From assembly GCA_902775355.1 (NCBI GenBank), contig CACYLY010000007.1, positions 48 through 64,047 on the forward strand: 64,000 nt of DNA, written 5' to 3'. This document shows positions 7,061 to 16,371 of this stretch, piece by piece (within the stretch, counting starts at the first letter, position 1; each line of letters opens with the position of its first letter). The stretch is from Oscillospiraceae bacterium (GTDB lineage Bacteria > Bacillota > Clostridia > Oscillospirales > Oscillospiraceae). A program made the position numbers and the translations under genes. Below the pieces are notes generated by a model. The model did not search any database, had not been told where the DNA came from, and worked only from the letters and a program-made list of their open reading frames with translations.

Positions 7061-9460
7061 ATGATGGACTTTACGAAACGTTACTGCGAAGCGCGGCGCA
7101 GTCTGATCCGCGCCAAATTCAAAAAGCTCAACGAGCGGCAGATCGAGGCGGTGCTGGCCACGGAAGGTCCCCTGCTGATCCTGGCGGGAGCCGGCAGCGG
7201 CAAGACCACCGTGCTCATCAACCGCATCGCCAATCTCCTCCGCTTCGGCCGCGCCAGCGACAGCGACGAGCTGCCTCCCGGGGCGGACGAGGAGTCCCTG
7301 CGCCTGTTGGAGGCAGGCGGGCCGGAGGCGGAGAAGCTGGCCGCCCTGGAGCCGGTGGCCCCCTGGCGGATCCTGGCCATCACCTTCACCAACAAGGCCG
7401 CGGACGAGCTGAAGGCCCGTCTGGAGCGGATGCTGGGCGAGAGCGCCAACGACATCTGGGCCTGCACCTTCCACTCCGCCTGCGTGCGCATCCTGCGCCG
7501 GGACGGGGAGAAGCTGGGCTACGGCGCCAACTTCACCATTTACGACACCGGGGACAGTCAAAGTCTCATGAAGCGCATCCTGAAGGACCTGGATTTCGAC
7601 GAGAAGAGCTTCCCGCCCCGCACGGTGCTGGGGGAGATCAGCCGGGCCAAGGACGCTCAGATCGGCCCGGTCGAGTACCTGCAGCAGGCGAAGAGGGCCA
7701 ACGACTTCCGCCGTGTCCGCATCGGCCAGGCCTACCAGGAGTACGCCCGCCGCCTCTTTGCCGCCAACGCCCTGGACTTTGACGATCTCATCGCCTGCAC
7801 GGTGAAGCTCCTGCAGGAGAATGAGGACGTGCGCAGCTACTGGCAGCGCCGCTTCCAGTACGTGCTGGTGGACGAGTATCAGGACACCAACCATCTGCAG
7901 TATCTGCTGGCCTCCACCCTGGCCGGCCACTGGGGCAACATCTGCGTGGTGGGCGATGACGACCAGAGCATCTACAAGTTCCGGGGCGCCACCATCGCCA
8001 ACATCCTGTCCTTTGAAAAGCAGTTCAAGGGCTGCCGCACCATCCGTCTGGAGCAGAACTACCGCAGCACCGGCCATATCCTGAACGCCGCCAACAGCGT
8101 GATCCGCAACAACCTGGGCCGCAAGGGCAAGGAGCTCTGGACCGACGCCGGTCCCGGCGAGCCTATCCAGCTCTACTGCGCGGACAACGAGAACGAGGAA
8201 GCCCAGTACGTGGCCTCCACCATTCTGTCCAGCTTCAGCCAGGGGGCCAACTGGCGGGACCACGCGGTGCTCTACCGGATGAACGCCCAGTCCAACCAGC
8301 TGGAATTCGCCTTCAAGCGCAGCGGCATCCCCTACCGGGTGGTAGGCGGCACCCGTTTCTTCGACCACACCGAGATCAAGGACATGCTGGCCTATCTGAA
8401 CGTCATCGCCACCCCGGCCGATGATCTGCGCCTGAGCCGCATCGTAAACAGTCCCCCCCGGGGCATCGGCGAACGGAGCATGGAGCTGGCTGGAGAGATT
8501 GCCCGGCAGGAGGGCTGCAGCCTCTACGAGATCCTGAGCCGGGCGGATCATTACCCGGATCTGAAGCGCGCCAGCGGCAAAATGCTGGCCTTCGTGGAGC
8601 TGATCGATGGCCTGCGGACCTTCTCCCAGTCCAACGCCCCCGACGCCCTGTATGACGAGCTGCTGGAAAAGACCGGCTACCTGCGCCTGCTGGAGAGCTC
8701 CGGGGACGACAAGGACCTCACCCGGGCCGAGAACGTGAAGGAGCTCAAGAGCAGCATCCTGGGCTTCATGAAGGAGTCCGGCGACCTGAGCCTGGACGGG
8801 TATCTGGCCGACGTGGCTCTCTACACGGATCTGGACGCCTACGACAAGGACGCGGACAACGTGGTGCTCATGACCATGCACAGCGCCAAGGGTCTGGAGT
8901 TCGGCACCGTGTTCATCGTGGGCATGGAGGAGAGCATCTTCCCCGGCATGCGGGCCATCGGCGAGCCGGAGGAGATGGAGGAGGAGCGCCGCCTCTGCTA
9001 CGTGGCCATCACCCGGGCCAAGCGGAAGCTCTACCTGCTCTGCGCCCGGCAGCGGATGCTCTTCGGCCGCACCAGCGCCAATCGGGCCTCCCGCTTTGTG
9101 GACGAGATCCCGGAGGAGGACATCCGCAAGCTGCTGCCCAAGGGCTACGGCTATCACGACCGGCGGGAGGAGCTGGGCTTTGTCAGCCGGTCCCGTCCGG
9201 GAGAGCCCAATTATCCCTACCGCCCGCCGGAGAGCCGCAGCAAGCCCTACACCCCCACGCCGTCCAAAAAGCCCGCCGCTCCCACGCCGCCTCAGAGCTT
9301 TTCCCTGGGGGAGCGGGTGCGTCACAAGGCCTTCGGGCCGGGCCGCATCGTGGAGATGACCCCCATGGGCAACGATTTTCTGGTGAAGATCGACTTCGAC
9401 GCCATCGGCCCCAAAAAGCTGATGCTCCGGGCCGCCGCCCTGCACATGACAAAAGAATAA
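7061..9460 (+). CDS. pcrA: ATP-dependent DNA helicase PcrA (UvrD/Rep family)
   Basis: LNERQIEAV..GPLLILAGAGSGKTT (motif I), DEYQDTN, TMHSAKGLEF, C-terminal Tudor-like FSLGERVRHKAFGPGRIVE. The homologous N-terminus starts at MMDFTK (7061). Confidence 0.9.
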   Translation: MMDFTKRYCEARRSLIRAKFKKLNERQIEAVLATEGPLLILAGAGSGKTTVLINRIANLLRFGRASDSDELPPGADEESLRLLEAGGPEAEKLAALEPVAPWRILAITFTNKAADELKARLERMLGESANDIWACTFHSACVRILRRDGEKLGYGANFTIYDTGDSQSLMKRILKDLDFDEKSFPPRTVLGEISRAKDAQIGPVEYLQQAKRANDFRRVRIGQAYQEYARRLFAANALDFDDLIACTVKLLQENEDVRSYWQRRFQYVLVDEYQDTNHLQYLLASTLAGHWGNICVVGDDDQSIYKFRGATIANILSFEKQFKGCRTIRLEQNYRSTGHILNAANSVIRNNLGRKGKELWTDAGPGEPIQLYCADNENEEAQYVASTILSSFSQGANWRDHAVLYRMNAQSNQLEFAFKRSGIPYRVVGGTRFFDHTEIKDMLAYLNVIATPADDLRLSRIVNSPPRGIGERSMELAGEIARQEGCSLYEILSRADHYPDLKRASGKMLAFVELIDGLRTFSQSNAPDALYDELLEKTGYLRLLESSGDDKDLTRAENVKELKSSILGFMKESGDLSLDGYLADVALYTDLDAYDKDADNVVLMTMHSAKGLEFGTVFIVGMEESIFPGMRAIGEPEEMEEERRLCYVAITRAKRKLYLLCARQRMLFGRTSANRASRFVDEIPEEDIRKLLPKGYGYHDRREELGFVSRSRPGEPNYPYRPPESRSKPYTPTPSKKPAAPTPPQSFSLGERVRHKAFGPGRIVEMTPMGNDFLVKIDFDAIGPKKLMLRAAALHMTKE

Positions 9461-9473
9461 ACGAACATAGAAA

Positions 9474-9527
9474 GCGCGCTCCCCTCGCTTCAACGGCGAG
9501 GGGAGCGCGGTTTCTGTTTTCTTTTTT
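9474..9527. terminator. intrinsic terminator between the convergent pcrA and DUF554 genes
   Basis: Stem GCGCGCTCCCCTCGC / GCGAGGGGAGCGCG followed by GTTTCTGTTTTCTTTTTT. Confidence 0.7.
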
Positions 9528-9528
9528 C

Positions 9529-10239
9529 TCACCCGAACAGGCCCGTGATCCAGGCGGCGACGGGGAAATAGGCGATAGGCACGAAGATGGCCGGCAGCAT
9601 GTTGGCCACCTTGATCCGCTCCTTCCCCAGGCCCAGCATGTTCACCGCCATGCCCACCAGGATGGTGCCGCCCACGGCGCTCATCTCCGTCACCACCTGG
9701 GTGCTGAGCGCCGGGCCCACCAGCGCCGCCAGCAGGGTCAGGCCTCCCTGGAAGACCAGGATGAACAGCACCGAGCAGGTGACGCCGAAGCCCATGGCCG
9801 CCGCAAAGGCCATGGAGGACACGAAGTCCAGGGCGCTCTTGGCGAAGATGATGCTGTAATTGTGGTTGATGCCCGCCTCCAGAGAGCCCACGATGGTCAT
9901 GGAGCCGATGCAGAAGAGGATGCAGGCGGAGACGAAGCCCTCGGTAAAGCGGCTGTTGCCGCCGCCGCGAACGAGCTTTTTCTTGATGGCGTCTCCCGCG
10001 TGCTCGATGCCGTCGTCGATGTGCAGCAGCTCTCCCAGAAGGGTCCCGATCACCATGGAGATGATGACGCACAGCAGTTCCTGGGTCTGGATGGCGCTGG
10101 AGACGCCGATGACCACCGTGCACAGGGCCAGGGCCTTCATCAGGGCGCTCTGCAGGCTCTCCTTCAGCCGGTTTTTCAGCAGGATGCCCAGGAGGCTCCC
10201 CACCAGCACCGTGCCCATATTGACAAAGGTCGCGATCAT
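9529..10239 (-). CDS. DUF554 (YqgA/YdfK-like) integral membrane protein, last gene of the aromatic operon
   Basis: Resembles E. coli YqgA along its whole length (GTVLVGSLLG..., FAKSALDFVSSMAFAAAMG, MSAVGGTILVGMAVNMLG). ATGA overlap with aroQ. Confidence 0.75.
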   Translation of the reverse strand: MIATFVNMGTVLVGSLLGILLKNRLKESLQSALMKALALCTVVIGVSSAIQTQELLCVIISMVIGTLLGELLHIDDGIEHAGDAIKKKLVRGGGNSRFTEGFVSACILFCIGSMTIVGSLEAGINHNYSIIFAKSALDFVSSMAFAAAMGFGVTCSVLFILVFQGGLTLLAALVGPALSTQVVTEMSAVGGTILVGMAVNMLGLGKERIKVANMLPAIFVPIAYFPVAAWITGLFG

Positions 10240-10682
10240 ACCTCTCTCTCCCCTCTCAGATATGCCGCCAGGAACAGCAGCGCCTGCCGGTAACTCTCAA
10301 AGCCCAGGCCCTTCACCGTCTTCAGACAGGCCGGGCGCACATAGGAGATCTTTCGGAAGTCCTCCCTCTTATCCGGGTCGGACAGGTGCACCTCCACCGT
10401 GGGGATCCCCACGGCCTTCAGCGCGTCCAGCAGGGCCACGCTGGTGTGCGTGTAAGCTGCGGGATTAAATACGATCCCGTCAAAAACCCCGTAGGCCTGC
10501 TGGATCCTGTCCACCAGCACGCCCTCGTGGTTGGACTGGAAGATCTCCAGCTCCGCGCCGATCTCCCCGGCGCAGTCGTTCAAAAAACGCTCCAGGTCCG
10601 CGTAGCTCCGCCTGCCGTAGATTTCCGGCTCCCGCAGCCCCAGCAGATTCAGGTTGGGTCCGTTCAAAACCAACAGTTTCAT
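10236..10682 (-). CDS. aroQ: type II 3-dehydroquinate dehydratase
   Basis: MKLLVLNGPNLNLLGLREPEIYG and FQSNHEG motifs. Confidence 0.9.
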   Translation of the reverse strand: MKLLVLNGPNLNLLGLREPEIYGRRSYADLERFLNDCAGEIGAELEIFQSNHEGVLVDRIQQAYGVFDGIVFNPAAYTHTSVALLDALKAVGIPTVEVHLSDPDKREDFRKISYVRPACLKTVKGLGFESYRQALLFLAAYLRGEREV

Positions 10683-12163
10683 TGCAGCGCCTCCAGGATC
10701 TTCTCTGCCGCTTCCTCCACGGTCTCCGTCTCCTCGATCACCAGATCTGCAAAGCGGGCGTAGAGCGGCGCACGCTCCGCGTAAAGCTCCTCCAGGTCCC
10801 TGCTCTGGGAAATCGGTCTGCCCTTTTTGCTCAACAGCCTGATGTCCCGCTTGCGCCAGACGATCAGGCCGTTCTGGTGCAGCAGGGGGTAGTTCTCCTC
10901 CCGGGTGACGCAGCCGCCGCCGGTGGAGAGGATGCAGCCGGAGCGCTTGCCCAGCTCCCGCAGCACCGCGGTCTCCCGCTCGCGGAAGCCCGCCTCCCCT
11001 TCCTTCTCAAAGATCTCGGGGATGCGCAGGCCCGCCGCTCGTTCGATCTCCGCGTCGGCTTCCAGCACCGGGCGGCTCAGGCGTCTTCCCAACAGCGCGG
11101 CGATCTTGCTTTTGCCGCAGCCGGGCATGCCGATGAGGACCAGATTCTCCATCTCCCGGGAGAGCTCCCGGGTGATCTCCTCGATGCGTCTGTCCGGGAT
11201 CTCCGCGCCGGTGAAGATCTCGCTGCTGCGCTTGGCCTGGGCCACCAGCATACCCAGGCCTCCCGCCCGGGGGATCCCCAGCTCCTCCGCCTGCAGCAGC
11301 AGGGCGGTGCGCGCCGGGTTATAGATCACGTCCACCACGCCCTCGCAGCGGGGGAAGCGGCGCAGATCCACCGGAGCCTGGCCGTTATTGGGGTACATGC
11401 CCACCGGGGTGGTGTTCACGATCAGCTCCGCGTCGGCGTGCCGATCCAGGTTTTCGTAGTTGTTCTCGCCGCTGCGGGAGATGACCGTGAGCTCCCGGGC
11501 GCCCTTTTGCCGCAGCACCCAGCAGGCCATCACGGAGGCACCGCCGCTTCCAAGCACCAGGGCCTTCTTCCCCTTGGGGTCGATGCCGCTGTGCTCCAGC
11601 AGCCAGGCGAAGCCGAAAGCGTCGGTATTGTCGCCGTAGATGCTGCCATCCGCGCGGCGCAGCAGGGTGTTGACGCTGCCGATCTCCCGGGCGCTGTCGG
11701 AGAGGGCGTCGCAGAGAGGCAGGACCGTTTTCTTGTAGGGGATGGTCACGTTCAGGCCCTGCCATGCCCCTTCCCGCACAAAGTCCTCCAGCTCCTCCGG
11801 CTCCCGCTCAAAGAGCTCATAGCCGTAATCCGCCAGCTTCCCGTGGATCTGGGGGGAATAGCTGTGGCCCAGCTTCCGGCCCAGGAGGCCGCAGCGCATG
11901 GCGGAAGAGCGGCGCTGCTGCAGCTCTCGGCTCTGCTCCAGGATCGCGCGGAAAACGACCCGCATCTCACCCCGAAAGGCTTCGGGGCAGCGTTTTTCCA
12001 CAGCATTCAGCTTTTTCTCTTCCCGGGCGGCGTCCAGAATGGGCCGGCCTCGAGCCTTTTTGTATTCTCCGATCAGCCCGGAGAGCGCCATCCGCTTTGC
12101 AAGAAGCTCCGTCAGCTCCCCGTCCAGGGCGTCCAGCGCGGCGCGGTAATCCTTCAATTCCAT
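10679..12163 (-). CDS. trifunctional fusion: AroQ-class chorismate mutase / shikimate dehydrogenase / shikimate kinase
   Basis: aa 1-90 are CM-like (LDALDGELTELLAKRMALSGLIGEYKKARGRPILDAAREE). aa ~97-335 are AroE-like (LGHSYSPQIHG, NVTIPYK, GDNTD, VLGSGGAS, NTTPVGM). aa ~338-494 are AroK-like (LIGMPGCGKS, STGGG). Confidence 0.85.
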   Translation of the reverse strand: MELKDYRAALDALDGELTELLAKRMALSGLIGEYKKARGRPILDAAREEKKLNAVEKRCPEAFRGEMRVVFRAILEQSRELQQRRSSAMRCGLLGRKLGHSYSPQIHGKLADYGYELFEREPEELEDFVREGAWQGLNVTIPYKKTVLPLCDALSDSAREIGSVNTLLRRADGSIYGDNTDAFGFAWLLEHSGIDPKGKKALVLGSGGASVMACWVLRQKGARELTVISRSGENNYENLDRHADAELIVNTTPVGMYPNNGQAPVDLRRFPRCEGVVDVIYNPARTALLLQAEELGIPRAGGLGMLVAQAKRSSEIFTGAEIPDRRIEEITRELSREMENLVLIGMPGCGKSKIAALLGRRLSRPVLEADAEIERAAGLRIPEIFEKEGEAGFRERETAVLRELGKRSGCILSTGGGCVTREENYPLLHQNGLIVWRKRDIRLLSKKGRPISQSRDLEELYAERAPLYARFADLVIEETETVEEAAEKILEALQ

Positions 12164-13230
12164 GGGGACCGCTCCTTTCTCCCTTCCAGCAGGGCGTCAC
12201 AGACCGCGAGGTCCGCCGCAGCCTCCACCACCGGTACCGCCCGGGGCACCACGCAGGGGTCATGCCGGCCGCCGATGCGCAGCTCCGTCTCCTCCATGCG
12301 CTCCAGATCCACGCTCCGCTGGGGCAGGGCGATGGAGGGCGTGGGTTTGAAAGCGACATGAAAGATCAGAGGCATCCCGTCGCTCATGCCGCCCAGGATC
12401 CCGCCGCAGCGGTTGCTTTCGGTGACCACGCGGCCCTCCCGCACAAGGAAGGAATCGTTGTTCTCGCTGCCCCGGAGCCGGGCTGCCTCGAAGCCCGCGC
12501 CGAAATCCAGACCCTTCACGGCGGGGATGCCGAAAACCAGGGCGGCAATGCGGCTCTCCAGCCCGTCAAACAGCGGTCCGCCCAGGCCCACAGGCAGGCC
12601 CAGCACCTGACATTCCACAATGCCGCCCAGGGAGTCCCCGGCGGCTTTTGCCTCCACGATCGCGGCGATCATCCGCTCTCCTGCAGTGTCATCCACCACC
12701 GGGGAGCTCTTTTCCGCTGTTGATTCATTCAGTTCCCCCACATCACAGATCCCGCCGATTTCGGAGATCCGGGAGATGACCTGGATCCCCTCCCGCCGTA
12801 GCAGCTGCAGGCAGAGGCCGCCGGCGATGCAGAGCGGCGCGGTCATCCGGCCGGAGAAGGCGCCGCCGCCGGCATTGTCCCAGGCCGGGCCGTACTTCAC
12901 CGATGCGGGATAGTCCGCGTGACCGGGCCGGGGCGTCCGGGCAAAGGCGGCGTAATCCCCGCTGCGCCGGTCCCTGTTGCGGATGACGGCGGTAATTTCC
13001 TCTCCGGTGGTACAGTCCCCTTCCAGCCCGGCGGTGAATTCCGGAACGTCCGGCTCCTTCCGGGCGGTGGACCAGGGGGTCCTGCCCGGGGCGCGCCGGT
13101 CCAGAAAGCGCTGCAGCTCCTCCCGGTCGATCTGTTCCCCGGCCGGGATACCGGCAAGGGTCATACCGATGCTCTCGCTGTGAGACTGGCCGAAAACGGA
13201 CAGCTTCAGCGTTTTCCCGTTCCAGTTCAT
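12154..13230 (-). CDS. aroC: chorismate synthase
   Basis: FGQSHSESIGMTLAGIPAG and GGRHDPCVVPRAVPV motifs. Start MNWNGK at 13230 chosen by homology and the ATGA overlap with the aroA stop. Confidence 0.88.
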   Translation of the reverse strand: MNWNGKTLKLSVFGQSHSESIGMTLAGIPAGEQIDREELQRFLDRRAPGRTPWSTARKEPDVPEFTAGLEGDCTTGEEITAVIRNRDRRSGDYAAFARTPRPGHADYPASVKYGPAWDNAGGGAFSGRMTAPLCIAGGLCLQLLRREGIQVISRISEIGGICDVGELNESTAEKSSPVVDDTAGERMIAAIVEAKAAGDSLGGIVECQVLGLPVGLGGPLFDGLESRIAALVFGIPAVKGLDFGAGFEAARLRGSENNDSFLVREGRVVTESNRCGGILGGMSDGMPLIFHVAFKPTPSIALPQRSVDLERMEETELRIGGRHDPCVVPRAVPVVEAAADLAVCDALLEGRKERSPWN

Positions 13231-14483
13231 CGCTCTCTCACCTCCAGCGCCTGCCAATCCTCCCAGAAGCGAGGATAGGACTTCTCCACAGATTCCGCCC
13301 CCTCCAGCGTGACCGGCTTCCTGCACAGGCAGGCGGCCATGGCGGCGGACATGGCGATGCGGTGATCCCCGGCGCTCTTGGCAGGGCCGCCCCGCAGGGA
13401 GCCGCTTCCGTGGACCACCAGGCCGTCCTCCAGCTCCTCCGCGCTGCCGCCCAGGTCCCGCAGCAGGGCCGCGGTGGTCCTGAGCCGGTCGGACTCCTTG
13501 AGCCGCAGCCGCGATGCGTTACGGATCCGGGTATCCCCCCGGGCGCCAGCGGCCAGTACGCTCAGCACCGGGATCAGGTCCGGGATGGGTCCGGCGTCGA
13601 TCTCCTGGCCCCGGAGCTCGCCCCGGCGGCAGAGAACGCCGTCTTCCGTCTCGCTGACTTCCGCGCCGAAGCTGCGCAGCAGCTCCAGCACCGCCCGGTC
13701 GCCCTGCGTCGAGTGCAGATCCAGGCCTTTCACCAGCACCCCCTCCTCGCTCAGCGCGCCGGCGCAGAGGAAGAAGGCGGCGCTGGACCAGTCCCCCTCC
13801 ACGGCGAGCGTGCCGGAGAGACCGGGACGCTGGCCGCCGGGGACAAAATAGCTCTTGTGTTCTTTCGTAAAGCGCAGCCCGGCCAGGTCCAGGACCTCCT
13901 CCGTCATGCGGATATAGGCTTCGGACTCCACCGGCTCGGTGACCCGCAGGCGGCTCTCCCCCTCCAAGAGGGGCAGGGCCAGCAGCAGGCCGGAAATGTA
14001 CTGGGAAGATACGTTCCCGGGCAGCCGGTACTCCCCGGCACGCAGTTTCCCCGACGCGTACAGCAGTGCGCCCTGTTCCTCCAGGTGCATACCGTGCTCT
14101 GTCAGCTCCCGGTCCAGCGGGGCCAGGGGCCGCTGGGGCAGCCGTCCCTCTCTCGGGAAGCAGGCTCTCAGGCCCAGGGCGCCGATCACCGGCAGCAGCA
14201 GGCGCAGGGTGGCGCCGCTCTCCCCGCAGGGCAGCAGGCATTCTCCCGCCGACGCTTCCTGAATGGGCCGCACACGCAGGAGGCCCCTCTCCTCTTCGAT
14301 CTCCGCCCCCAGGGAGTGCAGGCAGCGGACCGTGGCCTCGATGTCCCGGGAGATCCCCTCGCAGTGCAGCAGCGTCTCCTCCCGGGAAAGGGCCGCGCAG
14401 ATCAGCAGCCGGTGAGCCCGGGACTTGGAGGCCGGGATCCGGACCGAGCCGGAACGGGGCCCGCTTGGGATCAGAAGCTTCAT
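13227..14483 (-). CDS. aroA: 3-phosphoshikimate 1-carboxyvinyltransferase (EPSP synthase)
   Basis: IPASKSRAHRLLICAAL and LRLKESDRL motifs. Start MKLLIP at 14483 overlaps the aroB stop (ATGA). Confidence 0.88.
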   Translation of the reverse strand: MKLLIPSGPRSGSVRIPASKSRAHRLLICAALSREETLLHCEGISRDIEATVRCLHSLGAEIEEERGLLRVRPIQEASAGECLLPCGESGATLRLLLPVIGALGLRACFPREGRLPQRPLAPLDRELTEHGMHLEEQGALLYASGKLRAGEYRLPGNVSSQYISGLLLALPLLEGESRLRVTEPVESEAYIRMTEEVLDLAGLRFTKEHKSYFVPGGQRPGLSGTLAVEGDWSSAAFFLCAGALSEEGVLVKGLDLHSTQGDRAVLELLRSFGAEVSETEDGVLCRRGELRGQEIDAGPIPDLIPVLSVLAAGARGDTRIRNASRLRLKESDRLRTTAALLRDLGGSAEELEDGLVVHGSGSLRGGPAKSAGDHRIAMSAAMAACLCRKPVTLEGAESVEKSYPRFWEDWQALEVRER

Positions 14484-15544
14484 TTCGCGCCTCCCAGCCG
14501 CAGCCATTCCTCCAGCGCCGAGGCCGGCACACGCTCCACCCGGCAGCGGCCGATGGCCTCCGGCAGGACCAGGTCCATGCTGTCCCCGCTGCGCTTCTTG
14601 TCCCGCAGCAGCGCGGCCAAAAGTGCTTTGCCCGGGATCTCCGGCTCTGTGGGCAGGCCCAGCTTCTCCAGCAGCGCCCGGAGCCTTTCGGCGGTCTCCC
14701 TGCTGCAGATCCCCTTTTCGGCAGACGCCAGGGCGATCATGGTCATCCCCACGGCCACGGCCTGACCGTGGCCCAGGGCGTAGCCGCTGCAGAGCTCCAG
14801 GGCGTGACCGAAGCTGTGCCCCAGGTTCAGAAGCTTGCGGCTGCCCCGGTCAAATTCGTCCTCCTCCACCAGGTCCCGCTTAATCCGGACACAGCGGGCG
14901 ATGGCGTCCTCCGTGAAGGCGGCGGGAAGACCGGCCTTTTCCAGCTCCCGAAACAGGGCCTCGTCCCGCAGGACGGCGGTTTTCACCACCTCCGCCGCGC
15001 CGCAGCGCAGCTCCTCCTCCGGCAGGGTTTGCAGCAGCGCCGGGTCGCAGAGGACGGCCAGGGGCTGCCAGAAGCAGCCGGCCAGGTTCTTCCCCTCCGG
15101 CAGGTCCACCGCGGTTTTCCCGCCCACGGAGGAATCCACCATGGCGAGCAGGCTGGTGGGGATCTGGACATAATCCAGGCCCCGCATATAGGTGGCCGCG
15201 GCAAAGCCGGTGAGGTCGCCGGTGACGCCGCCGCCCAGGGAGACCAGCAGATCGCTCCGGCTCAGGCCTTGCCCGGCCAGAAAGCCCAGCAGCTTCCCGT
15301 AGGTCTCCAGATTCTTGTGTTCCTCTCCCGAGGGGTGGACAAAGCGCAGCGCCCGAAAGCCCGCCGCCTCCAGGGAGCGGACAAGCCGATCGCCATAGAA
15401 GGCGTCCACCTGCGCGCCGGAGACGACGCAGGCCGTCCCCGCGGCGGTTTTCTCCCGCAGCAGAGCCCCGGCGGCGTCCAGCAGGCCCTCGCCGATCTGC
15501 ACCGTATAATGCCGGGAGGCCTTGACTTCCACCTGAATGCTCAT
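14480..15544 (-). CDS. aroB: 3-dehydroquinate synthase
   Basis: GGGVTGDLTGFAAATYMRG, PTSLLAMVDSSVGGKT, LNLGHSFGHA. Start MSIQVEV at 15544 overlaps the tyrA stop (ATGA). Confidence 0.88.
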   Translation of the reverse strand: MSIQVEVKASRHYTVQIGEGLLDAAGALLREKTAAGTACVVSGAQVDAFYGDRLVRSLEAAGFRALRFVHPSGEEHKNLETYGKLLGFLAGQGLSRSDLLVSLGGGVTGDLTGFAAATYMRGLDYVQIPTSLLAMVDSSVGGKTAVDLPEGKNLAGCFWQPLAVLCDPALLQTLPEEELRCGAAEVVKTAVLRDEALFRELEKAGLPAAFTEDAIARCVRIKRDLVEEDEFDRGSRKLLNLGHSFGHALELCSGYALGHGQAVAVGMTMIALASAEKGICSRETAERLRALLEKLGLPTEPEIPGKALLAALLRDKKRSGDSMDLVLPEAIGRCRVERVPASALEEWLRLGGAK

Positions 15545-16371
15545 CCGTCCACCTCTTCCTTGCGCCGCCTGCCTTCCTCCAGAAGGCGCTCCAGCTCCGC
15601 TCCGTCCCGCCGGTCCAGCGCGTCCCGGTATTCGCCGAGACTGGCGATGATCTGGTCCAGCTCCTGCAGGAGATAATCCCGGTTTTCCAGAAACAGCTCT
15701 GTCCACATGGCGGGATTCAGCCAGGCCACCCGGGTCATGTCCCTGTAGCTGCCCGCGGAAAAGCCCTTTTGGCCGAGAGCCGTGGGGCTCTTGATGTATG
15801 CGTTGGACACCACATGGGCCAACTGGGAGCTAAAGGCGATGCTCTTGTCGTGCCTCTCCGCCGTGGTGACGGAAAAGTGCCCGAAGCCAGCCGGAGCCAG
15901 CAGCTCCTTGGCCCGGCTCAGCAGCTCGATATCGTCAAAGCGCGGGGGCACCAGCACCATGGGCGCGCCCCGGTACAGATCGGCCCGGGCGTGTTTGTAG
16001 CCGGAAAACTGGCTGCCCGCCATGGGGTGGCTGCCCAGAAACGTAAAGCCGTATTCCTCCGCCAGAGGAAAGCCGGCGGCGCAGACCGCCCGCTTGATGC
16101 CGCAGCAATCCATCACCAGGGGCTTGGGGCCGATGCAGGGCGCCATCTCCCGGAGCCAGGCGACGGCCGCCTCCGGAAAGAGGCACAGCAGGATCAGATC
16201 GCAGTCCTTCGCCGTGTCCCGGTCCAGTCTCCCGTCCGCCTCGCCGCTGAGTATGGCGTAATCCTGGATGGTGGGGCTCCGGTTCCAGGTCAGGACCCGG
16301 TGGCCCGCCTCGTGATAGGCCTTGACGAAGGAGCCGCCGATCAGGCCCAGTCCAACCACACCCAGCGTCAT
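15541..16371 (-). CDS. tyrA: prephenate dehydrogenase
   Basis: N-terminal Rossmann motif VVGLGLIGGSF, then GSHPMAGS and FSSQLAHVVS. Confidence 0.85.
   Translation of the reverse strand: MTLGVVGLGLIGGSFVKAYHEAGHRVLTWNRSPTIQDYAILSGEADGRLDRDTAKDCDLILLCLFPEAAVAWLREMAPCIGPKPLVMDCCGIKRAVCAAGFPLAEEYGFTFLGSHPMAGSQFSGYKHARADLYRGAPMVLVPPRFDDIELLSRAKELLAPAGFGHFSVTTAERHDKSIAFSSQLAHVVSNAYIKSPTALGQKGFSAGSYRDMTRVAWLNPAMWTELFLENRDYLLQELDQIIASLGEYRDALDRRDGAELERLLEEGRRRKEEVDG

Noticed and set aside
7010-10123. 1037-aa minus-strand ORF spanning pcrA and part of the DUF554 gene
   Set aside because: It is a shadow ORF. It crosses a convergent-gene terminator and has Arg/Gly/His/Pro-rich nonsense composition, whereas the opposite-strand PcrA motifs are unambiguous.
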